DNA of 64,000 nt from Alphaproteobacteria bacterium (GTDB lineage: Bacteria > Pseudomonadota > Alphaproteobacteria > Rhizobiales > BM303): assembly GCA_024275895.1 (NCBI GenBank), contig JAJRYE010000006.1, positions 26,139 to 90,138 of the forward strand. The letters are read 5' to 3'. Numbering within the stretch: the first letter of the stretch is position 1; every line of letters begins with the position of its first letter. The translations under genes were made by a program, and so were the position numbers. This document shows, piece by piece, positions 57,177 through 64,000 of the stretch. Under the pieces are notes generated by a model. That model was not told where the DNA came from and did no database searches. It worked only from the letters and a program-made list of their open reading frames with translations.

Positions 57177-58040
57177 ATGAGCAAATCAAAACTATCAGCC
57201 GTACCCATAGCGAACAGCCTTGATGATTTGCGCAATGTTGTGAACGGCTGGAAGGCCGGCGGGAAGTCTGTCATGCTGGTGCCCACCATGGGCGCGCTGC
57301 ACGAGGGCCATCTGTCGCTGGTGCGCATAGCGAGGCGCAAGGCGGACAGGGTTGTGGTTTCCATCTTTGTCAATCCAGCCCAGTTTGCCCCTCATGAGGA
57401 TTTTCAGGAATACCCGCGCGAGTTTGAAGGCGATGCGGCCAAGCTGGCCGGTGAGCAGGTAGATCTCATCTACGCCCCGAAGCCCGATGTCATGTATGCG
57501 CCGGGCGCCTCCACCACGGTTCAGGTTGAAGCGCTCTCCAGCCAGCTTTGCGGTATAAGCCGGCCGCATTTTTTTGGCGGTGTGGCGACAATCGTTACCA
57601 AGCTGCTGATCCAGTGCGCCCCGGATATGGCCATATTTGGCGAAAAGGATTACCAGCAACTGCTTGTTATCCGTGCCCTTGTACGTGATTTGAGCCTGCC
57701 GGTGGAAATCTGCGCCGGGCCGATCATCCGCGACAAAAACGGCCTCGCGCTTTCCTCGCGCAATGCCTATTTGACCCCGGAGCAGAGGCGCACCGCACCA
57801 ATGCTCAACCGGATGATGCTCAGGGCGGCGGATAGAATAACAGAGGGTGCGGATATTTCCGCTGTTTTGCAACATACCCGGTCCGAATTGCTCAAATCGG
57901 GTTTTGACAAAATCGATTATCTTGAAATCCACGATGCCGAAACGCTTGCGCCCGTGGCTAACAAGATCACATCTCCCGCCCGCCTGTTTGCCGCCGCCTG
58001 GCTGGGCCAAACCCGCCTGATCGACAATATTGCGCTGTAA
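57177..58040 (+). CDS. panC: Pantoate-beta-alanine ligase
   Basis: VPTMGALHEGHLSLV, VVSIFVNPAQF, FGEKDYQQL, GLALSSRN. Confidence 0.95.
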   Translation: MSKSKLSAVPIANSLDDLRNVVNGWKAGGKSVMLVPTMGALHEGHLSLVRIARRKADRVVVSIFVNPAQFAPHEDFQEYPREFEGDAAKLAGEQVDLIYAPKPDVMYAPGASTTVQVEALSSQLCGISRPHFFGGVATIVTKLLIQCAPDMAIFGEKDYQQLLVIRALVRDLSLPVEICAGPIIRDKNGLALSSRNAYLTPEQRRTAPMLNRMMLRAADRITEGADISAVLQHTRSELLKSGFDKIDYLEIHDAETLAPVANKITSPARLFAAAWLGQTRLIDNIAL

Positions 58041-58064
58041 TTTGTTTATGACGGGTTGAAAAAC

Positions 58065-58565
58065 ATGGTTTCTCCTGTGCAAATCCGCCCTCTGACCATC
58101 AACGATGCCAGCGCCGTTCTGGCCCTGAATGCGGCCAGCGAGACCGAAACCGCGCCAATGGGTAAGGCGGAACTGGAGGGCTTGCTGGCCATGGCTTTTT
58201 ACCGGGGCGCTGCAGGAGATGCTCCTGACGGATTTTGCCTCGCATTGGACCAGAATGCGCCCTGTCAGAGCCCCAATTTTAACTGGTTTGCAAAACGCTA
58301 TGACCATTTTGTCTATGTTGACCGCATCATCGTCGCCGCCCATGCCCGCGGCCGCGGTGTGGCGCGCGCTCTTTATGAGGATTTGTTTCGCGCAGCACGC
58401 CGGGCGGGACATGCCATGGTGGGCTGTGAGGTGAATATAAACCCGCCAAATCCCGCCTCGGATAGATTTCACTCCCGGCTTGGTTTTAACCGAATCGGGC
58501 AGGGCGTTTTGTCCGGGACCGGCAAGAGTGTTTCTTACTGGATTCGCAAGCTCCCGGGCCTGTAA
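58065..58565 (+). CDS. GNAT-family N-acetyltransferase
   Basis: IRPLTINDASAVLALN... and Q/RxxGxG/A-like ARGRGVARALYEDL. The ORF-track TTG at 58056 is an alternative start. Confidence 0.75.
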   Translation: MVSPVQIRPLTINDASAVLALNAASETETAPMGKAELEGLLAMAFYRGAAGDAPDGFCLALDQNAPCQSPNFNWFAKRYDHFVYVDRIIVAAHARGRGVARALYEDLFRAARRAGHAMVGCEVNINPPNPASDRFHSRLGFNRIGQGVLSGTGKSVSYWIRKLPGL

Positions 58566-58672
58566 ATCCCCGCTATGTTATGTCCGGACCCACCGGTATA
58601 TTTGCGGAATGCTCGTTTTGCATGCAAATGCGAAGGCGAAGTGAACTCATGTCTTGCCTAACCGAATTTGCT

Positions 58673-58690
58673 TCGTCATACTCCTGTTAC
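58673..58690 (+). promoter_or_regulatory. Candidate Pho box upstream of ugpB
   Basis: TCGTCAT-actc-CTGTTAC, compared with the enterobacterial CTGTCAT-N4-CTGTCAC consensus (3 mismatches), about 100 nt upstream of the ugpB ATG. Confidence 0.25.
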
Positions 58691-58783
58691 GAAAAAGTGC
58701 GAAAACGGGATGTGATTATTGAATCAGATTGCGCTTTCGAGCCTGAACCCGAAATGTGAGAATTCAAAAACAGGAGGAATAAC

Positions 58784-60097
58784 ATGTTTAAATACAAATT
58801 GATACTGGGAACGTTCACGGCCCTGTGTGTCGGTGGTTTATCCGTATCCGCCATGGCGGCGACGGAAATCCAGTGGTGGCATGCCATGGGCGGCGTAAAT
58901 GGCGAGCGTGTCAACAAGATCGCCTCCGATTTCAACGCCACCCAGCCCGATTACAAGATTGTTCCTGTCTACAAAGGCAATTACACCGAAACCATGACCG
59001 CGGCGATCGCGGCTTTTCGCGCCAAGAAACAGCCCCATATCGTGCAGGTTTTTGAAGTCGGCACCGCGACCATGATGGCGGCAAAAGGCGCGGTTTATCC
59101 TATTGAGGATATGATGAAAGATTCCGGCGAGTCGTTTGACAAATCCATCTATCTGCCGGCGGTGATTTCCTATTACCAGACCCCGAACGGGGACCTTTTA
59201 TCCATGCCGTTCAACTCGTCCACCCCGGTTTTGTGGTATAACAAGGACGCCTTCAAGAAGGCTGGCGTGGCCTCTCCGCCCAAAACCTGGGGCGAGGTTG
59301 CCGATGCTTCCAGAAAAGTGCTGGCCGCGGGTTATGAATGCGGTTTTTCCTTTGGCTGGCAGTCCTGGGTCATGATCGAAAATTTCAGCGCCTGGCACAA
59401 TATCCCCGTCGGCACCAGGGAAAACGGCTTTGCTGGTCTTGATACCGTCTTCACCTTCAACAATGATGCGGTCAAGATGAGCCTTGCCAATGTCGCCAAA
59501 TGGGGCAAGGACAAGATCTTCGTCTATGGCGGCCGCAGGGGCGACAGCCTGCCGATGTTCACCAGCGGCAAATGCGCCATGTGGCTGAATTCTTCCGCCT
59601 ATTACGGCGGCATCAAGAAGCAGGCCAAATTTGCCTTTGGCCAGGCCATGCTGCCTTATTATCCCAGCGTAATCAAAAAACCGCAGAACTCGATCATCGG
59701 CGGCGCCACCTTGTGGGTGCTGCGCGGTCATGATCAGGGCTCTTACAAGGGCGTGGCCAAGTTCATGACCTATCTGTCCTCACCCAAGGTTCAGGCCTGG
59801 TGGCATCAGGAAACCGGCTATGTGCCGATCACGACCCCGGCTTACGAGCTGTCCAAAAAAGAAGGTTTTTATGACAAGAATCCAGGTACGGACACTGCTA
59901 TCAAGCAACTCAGCCTCAATACGCCGACACCCAATTCGCGCGGTGTCCGGTTTGGCAATTTTGTCCAGATGCGCGACGTCATCAACGAGGAAATGGAAGC
60001 CATCTGGAGCGGCAAGAAAACGGCCTCAAAAGCTATGGATGATGCGGTGAAGCGCGGTAATAAACTGCTGCGCAGGTTTGAAAAAGCCAATAAATAG
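58784..60097 (+). CDS. ugpB: sn-glycerol-3-phosphate ABC transporter substrate-binding protein
   Basis: Signal peptide ...LSVSAMAATEIQWWHAMGG; KIVPVYKGNYTETMTAAIAAFRAKKQPHIVQVFEVGTATMM; SMPFNSSTPVLWYNKDAFKKAG. Confidence 0.9.
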   Translation: MFKYKLILGTFTALCVGGLSVSAMAATEIQWWHAMGGVNGERVNKIASDFNATQPDYKIVPVYKGNYTETMTAAIAAFRAKKQPHIVQVFEVGTATMMAAKGAVYPIEDMMKDSGESFDKSIYLPAVISYYQTPNGDLLSMPFNSSTPVLWYNKDAFKKAGVASPPKTWGEVADASRKVLAAGYECGFSFGWQSWVMIENFSAWHNIPVGTRENGFAGLDTVFTFNNDAVKMSLANVAKWGKDKIFVYGGRRGDSLPMFTSGKCAMWLNSSAYYGGIKKQAKFAFGQAMLPYYPSVIKKPQNSIIGGATLWVLRGHDQGSYKGVAKFMTYLSSPKVQAWWHQETGYVPITTPAYELSKKEGFYDKNPGTDTAIKQLSLNTPTPNSRGVRFGNFVQMRDVINEEMEAIWSGKKTASKAMDDAVKRGNKLLRRFEKANK

Positions 60098-60112
60098 CAA
60101 TACACTCAAGTT

Positions 60113-60148
60113 ACGCCCCGGTTTATTCGAGCCGGGGCGTGAGATTTT
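60113..60148 (+). terminator. Intercistronic hairpin / partial terminator between ugpB and ugpA
   Basis: ACGCCCCGG-tttattcgag-CCGGGGCGT followed by gagATTTT. This is the usual position for differential expression of the binding protein. Confidence 0.45.
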
Positions 60149-60165
60149 GAAAAAATGATTAAAAC

Positions 60166-61047
60166 ATGTTGAAGCGCGTTCATTTTGGTCCCTCATTGCT
60201 CCCCTTTCTGCTGGTGGCGCCGCAGATTGCGATCACGATTGTTTTTTTTATCTGGCCAGCCTCCCAGGCGCTTTATCAGTCCTTGCTGGTTGAGGATGCC
60301 TTTGGCCTCAAGACCGAATTTGTCTGGTTTCAGAATTACTCCGAGCTTTTTGACGATGAGCTCTATTTCGATACGGTTTACCGCACCGCATTTTTTTCCT
60401 CCATGGTCGCTTTTTTATCCATGTCGTCGGCGCTGCTGCTGGCGGGAATGGCCGACCGGGTGATCAAGGGCGCAAAAGTCTATCGCACATTCCTGATCTG
60501 GCCCTATGCGGTGGCGCCGGTTGTGGCCGGGGCGTTGTGGATGTTTATGTTTGATCCGACATTGGGGATCGTCGCCTATTTTCTGCACGCCATGGGCAGC
60601 AACTGGAATTTTCGCGTCAATGGCGATGAAGCCATGGCGCTGGTTATATTTGCCGCCGCCTGGAAACAGATTTCCTATAATTTCCTGTTTTTCCTCGCCG
60701 GCATGCAAGCAATTCCGAAATCCCTCATCGAAGCGGCGGCAATTGACGGGGCCGGGCCGGGGCGGCGCTTCTGGACCATTATTTTCCCGCTGCTGTCGCC
60801 AACCACGTTTTTCCTGCTGGTGATGAACATAGTCTATGCGTTTTTTGACACGTTCGGCATCATCCACGCCGTCACCAAGGGCGGACCGGCAAAAGCGACT
60901 GAAATTCTTGTGTACAAGGTTTATAATGACGGCTTTATCGGCCTTGATCTTGGCGGTTCGGCAGCCCAGTCGGTTGTTCTCATGACGATCGTGATCGTGC
61001 TCACGGTCATCCAGTTCCGCTATATTGAAAACAAGGTGAAATACTGA
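60166..61047 (+). CDS. ugpA: sn-glycerol-3-phosphate ABC transporter permease
   Basis: Six TM helices and the EAA loop [25 protein letters not shown]. Operon position after ugpB. Confidence 0.88.
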   Translation: MLKRVHFGPSLLPFLLVAPQIAITIVFFIWPASQALYQSLLVEDAFGLKTEFVWFQNYSELFDDELYFDTVYRTAFFSSMVAFLSMSSALLLAGMADRVIKGAKVYRTFLIWPYAVAPVVAGALWMFMFDPTLGIVAYFLHAMGSNWNFRVNGDEAMALVIFAAAWKQISYNFLFFLAGMQAIPKSLIEAAAIDGAGPGRRFWTIIFPLLSPTTFFLLVMNIVYAFFDTFGIIHAVTKGGPAKATEILVYKVYNDGFIGLDLGGSAAQSVVLMTIVIVLTVIQFRYIENKVKY

Positions 61048-61895
61048 TGATCGAGAACCGGCCCTTCGTGACTTTTGTCTCTCATGTCGTGCTGATTCTG
61101 GGCATAGTCATTATTGCCTTTCCCATCTGGGTGACCTTCGTTGCCGCCAGCCATGATGCGGTGCGTATGACCCAGGTACCGCTGCCGCTTCTTCCCGGCG
61201 GGCATTTTTTTGAAAACCTCGTCTCGGCACTGACCAAAGGGGTCGGCAACGCCAGGGAACAATCGGTCGGGCTGATGCTGATGAATTCGCTGATCATGGC
61301 GCTGATGATCGCGGTTGGAAAGATCGCCATTTCGCTGCTCTCCGCCTTCGCCATTGTCTATTTCCGCTTTCCCTTCCGCATGATGTTTTTCTGGATGATC
61401 TTCATCACCCTGATGCTCCCGGTTGAAGTGCGCATCATTCCCACTTTTCAGGTGGTGGCCAATCTGGGCATGCTGAACAATTACTGGGGATTGTCCATCC
61501 CGCTGATCGCCAGCGCCACCGCCACCTTCATGTTCCGGCAGGTGTTTCTCACCATTCCGGATGAGTTGCTGGAAGCGGCGCGTATCGACGGGGCGGGGCC
61601 GATGCGGTTTTTCAAGGATATTCTACTGCCCATGTCGCGCACCAATATCGCCGCGCTGTTCGTGATTTTGTTTATCTATGGCTGGAACCAGTATCTGTGG
61701 CCGCTGCTGATTACCACCGATAAAAGCATGTACACCATTGTCATGGGCATCAAGTCCATGCTTGAGGCCGCCGAAGAATCCCCCGAATGGCATTTGATTA
61801 TGATGTCGTCGCTGCTCGCCTTGCTGCCGCCGGTGATGGTGGTAGTGTTCATGCAAAGCCTGTTCGTCAAGGGGTTGACCGAGACCGAGAAATAA
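61047..61895 (+). CDS. ugpE: sn-glycerol-3-phosphate ABC transporter permease
   Basis: EAA loop [24 protein letters not shown]. Start overlaps the ugpA stop. Confidence 0.88.
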   Translation: MIENRPFVTFVSHVVLILGIVIIAFPIWVTFVAASHDAVRMTQVPLPLLPGGHFFENLVSALTKGVGNAREQSVGLMLMNSLIMALMIAVGKIAISLLSAFAIVYFRFPFRMMFFWMIFITLMLPVEVRIIPTFQVVANLGMLNNYWGLSIPLIASATATFMFRQVFLTIPDELLEAARIDGAGPMRFFKDILLPMSRTNIAALFVILFIYGWNQYLWPLLITTDKSMYTIVMGIKSMLEAAEESPEWHLIMMSSLLALLPPVMVVVFMQSLFVKGLTETEK

Positions 61896-61914
61896 CAAAC
61901 TGGATCTGATTTTT

Positions 61915-62997
61915 ATGGCTGAAATTCTTCTTGCAGATGTCTATAAATCCTATGGCAAGACGGAAGTTATCCACGGGGTGGACTGGCATATCGAGGATAG
62001 TGAATTTGTCGTTATCGTCGGCCCCAGCGGCTGCGGCAAATCCACCTTGCTGCGGATGATCGCCGGGCTGGAAACCATAACAAACGGCGAAATTTCCATC
62101 GGCGGGCGGGTAGTCAATGATCTGGAACCGGCCCAGCGTGATATCGCCATGGTGTTCCAGAACTATGCGCTTTATCCGCATATGTCGGTCTATAACAACA
62201 TGGCTTACGGCCTCAAGATCAAGGGGGTGCCGAAGGCTGAGATCGACCAGCGGGTGCGGGAGGCGGCGGACCGGCTGGAGATCGGCGAATATCTGGGGCG
62301 CTCACCGCGCCAGCTCAGCGGCGGCCAGAGGCAGCGCGTCGCCATGGGGCGGGCCATCGTGCGCAAGCCCAGCGTGTTTCTGTTTGATGAGCCTTTATCA
62401 AATCTGGACGCCAAATTGCGCGTCCAGATGCGGCTGGAGATCAAAAAACTGCAAGAACGCCTCGGCATAACCAGCGTCTATGTCACCCATGATCAGGTCG
62501 AGGCCATGACCCTTGGCCACCGCCTGATGATTCTCAATGACGGCTATGTGGAGCAATTGGGAACCCCGATCGAGATTTATGAAAACCCGCTGACAAAATT
62601 CGTCGCCGGGTTTATCGGCTCGCCCTCGATGAACTTTATCGAAACCCGGCTGGAAGAGGATGCAACAACGGTCAAGTTTTCTCATAAAACCTCATTCAGG
62701 TTGGCCGGTTCTTATCCGCAATTCAAAGGGCGCAATGTTAGCATCGGCATACGGCCGGAACATTTCTTTTTTGCTCCGGATAACCCCGAAGCCATTCCTT
62801 TCCGGGCCGAGGTGGTGGAACATCTTGGCGCCGATACGCTGCTGCACGGCACGGTGGATGAGGGCGAGTCGGAACTCATCGTCCGCTTTAACGGCATCAG
62901 CACCGTAACCCAGGGCGAAACCGTGCCGGTCTATATTGACCCGGCGAACATCCATATTTTTGATGCGCAAAACGGCAAACGACTTGAAGTGGAATAA
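61915..62997 (+). CDS. ugpC: sn-glycerol-3-phosphate ABC transporter ATP-binding protein
   Basis: Walker [10 protein letters not shown], signature [14 protein letters not shown], Walker [13 protein letters not shown], and a MalK-type C-terminal regulatory domain. Confidence 0.9.
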   Translation: MAEILLADVYKSYGKTEVIHGVDWHIEDSEFVVIVGPSGCGKSTLLRMIAGLETITNGEISIGGRVVNDLEPAQRDIAMVFQNYALYPHMSVYNNMAYGLKIKGVPKAEIDQRVREAADRLEIGEYLGRSPRQLSGGQRQRVAMGRAIVRKPSVFLFDEPLSNLDAKLRVQMRLEIKKLQERLGITSVYVTHDQVEAMTLGHRLMILNDGYVEQLGTPIEIYENPLTKFVAGFIGSPSMNFIETRLEEDATTVKFSHKTSFRLAGSYPQFKGRNVSIGIRPEHFFFAPDNPEAIPFRAEVVEHLGADTLLHGTVDEGESELIVRFNGISTVTQGETVPVYIDPANIHIFDAQNGKRLEVE

Positions 62998-63003
62998 GTA
63001 TCC

Positions 63004-63296
63004 TCAGTTCATCCGCTGCAAGCGCACCGGCACCCGGCCATCCGGGATCACCAGCCCATCGTAATCCTTGGCGTGAAGATCAGCAAATGTAGCGTTGAGT
63101 GCGAAGTTGTGACCACGTTTTTCACTGTAGGTCCGGTCGCCTTTCAATATAATGGATGGCGGTCACCACCATCTCACCGGCCCTTTTGTCCAGGCACGCA
63201 GCGCCAATCTCATGACCCGCCGCCAGCAAAATCTGGAATGGCGCCATGGTTTCGTAATCTTCGGTAAAATCACCGGTAATCATCAAATTCTGGTCA
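63004..63296 (-). pseudogene. Decayed, 3'-truncated DJ-1/PfpI-family (intracellular protease/amidase) gene remnant
   Basis: The minus strand reads MTRI* / MITGDFTEDYETMAPFQILLAAGHEIGAACLDKRAGEMVVTAIHYIE, then a 1-nt shift near 63152-63154 gives GDRTYSEKRGHNFALNATFADLHAKDYDGLVIPDGR.. and a stop. The nucleophile-elbow half is absent. Confidence 0.7.
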
Positions 63297-63493
63297 TTTT
63301 AGTCTCCCGTCTGTTTTATTGAAGTTTGCAGACTGGCGCCTGTCCGGATGGTGCGGGTGTTTGGGATTTACTGCAACGGCATCCAATTAAAGCCATTTTA
63401 GCCGGATTTGCCAGCGGGTTCCTCGTTTCGCTGTTTTTTGGGATTGCGCCCCATATGCAAAAGAGCTAGAAAGCTCAGGCATTTCTCCCGTGT

Positions 63494-63570
63494 CGGAGCG
63501 TAGCGCAGCCCGGTAGCGCACTTGTCTGGGGGACAAGGGGTCGTGGGTTCGAATCCCGCCGCTCCGACCA
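63494..63570 (+). tRNA. tRNA-Pro (anticodon GGG)
   Basis: 77-nt cloverleaf folded by hand: acceptor CGGAGCG/CGCTCCG, D arm GCGC-AGCCCGGTA-GCGC, anticodon arm CTTGT-CTGGGGG-ACAAG, T arm GTGGG-TTCGAAT-CCCGC, ACCA end. Confidence 0.9.
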
Positions 63571-63581
63571 TTTGAGTTTTC

Positions 63582-63621
63582 AAAGAGACCGGCAAGCGAT
63601 GTCTTTGCCGGTCTCTTTTTT
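63582..63621 (+). terminator. Rho-independent terminator after tRNA-Pro
   Basis: 14-bp perfect stem AAAGAGACCGGCAA / TTGCCGGTCTCTTT, loop gcgatgtct, then a TTT run. Confidence 0.8.
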
Positions 63622-63770
63622 GCCGCCAGACGTGAAAATTGCCTTTCCCCGCCATGGCGCGCGGGCATATTATTGTGATATGGCTATTAAAAACCCGGCA
63701 GATTTTCTTATCTACTCTGGGTGATAACGGTTTTGTGTGTGGCGCTGGAACTCATATTGAGAACACATTG

Positions 63771-64000
63771 ATGCAATATGATCAGGAAAATGAAGCCGTT
63801 CTGATGAGCGGCGGACCGGACAAGGAGGGGGATGGCGCGGGAACGAATGTTGTTGCCCAGACCCGGACCAGAGTCAAAAAACCGAGCATGTACAAGGTGT
63901 TGCTGCTCAATGATGATTATACGCCGATGGATTTTGTGATTCTGGTTTTGCAGAAATTTTTTCACAAGGACCATCAGGGTGCAGTTGAGATTATGATGCA
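63771..64000 (+). CDS. clpS: ATP-dependent Clp protease adaptor ClpS, 3' end cut by window edge
   Basis: Frame is open from ATG 63771 to the window end: [15 protein letters not shown]...[41 protein letters not shown]. Absent from the ORF track because no stop codon is reached. Confidence 0.88.
   Translation, partial: MQYDQENEAVLMSGGPDKEGDGAGTNVVAQTRTRVKKPSMYKVLLLNDDYTPMDFVILVLQKFFHKDHQGAVEIMM

Noticed and set aside
63387-63668. Two minus-strand ORFs (93 and 85 aa) overlapping tRNA-Pro
   Set aside because: They run antisense through the tRNA gene and its terminator. This is a typical artefact and the translations show no coding features.

Overview
Gene-dense, moderately GC-rich chromosomal segment. 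Its content points to an alphaproteobacterium of the Hyphomicrobiales/Rhizobiales type: divK-pleD, mipZ, ALAS-type hemA, an H+-pyrophosphatase, a GAAC-N7-GAAC SOS box, and bamE / Cbp3-like / DUF177 / plsX / fabH / ihfA / merR synteny. I call about 60 protein genes, two tRNAs (Glu-UUC, Pro-GGG), one decayed pseudogene, several rho-independent terminators, three regulatory boxes and three repeat loci. I see no rRNA, IS element, integrase, prophage, CRISPR array, toxin-antitoxin pair or recognisable defence gene. Most of the window is housekeeping (argC, ssb, hom, glpX, recJ, hemA, glyA, nrdR-rib-nusB-thiL, hppA, plsX/fabH, panC, ugpBAEC). Three stretches look accessory. (i) 975-5424: a chemoreceptor islet in which a PAS sensor is encoded separately from a cytoplasmic MCP. 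(ii) 12322-25069: an enterobacterial-order napFDAGHBC cluster back-to-back with a ubiE/menG-menA-BASS transporter operon, followed by a Dnr/FixK-type regulator and a secreted thioredoxin/DsbD-like fusion protein. (iii) 25276-29385: a four-gene envelope cluster of modular BON-like/OmpA proteins, a 33-codon membrane micro-ORF and a membrane-anchored Pro/Glu-repeat H3TH-domain protein. I did not find a clear-cut new multi-gene system. The most novel candidates are hypotheses and are labelled as inference: naphthoate salvage for menaquinone coupled to Nap, the envelope cluster, and the split Aer-like receptor. All calls rest on reading the translations and the DNA by eye; no database search was possible.
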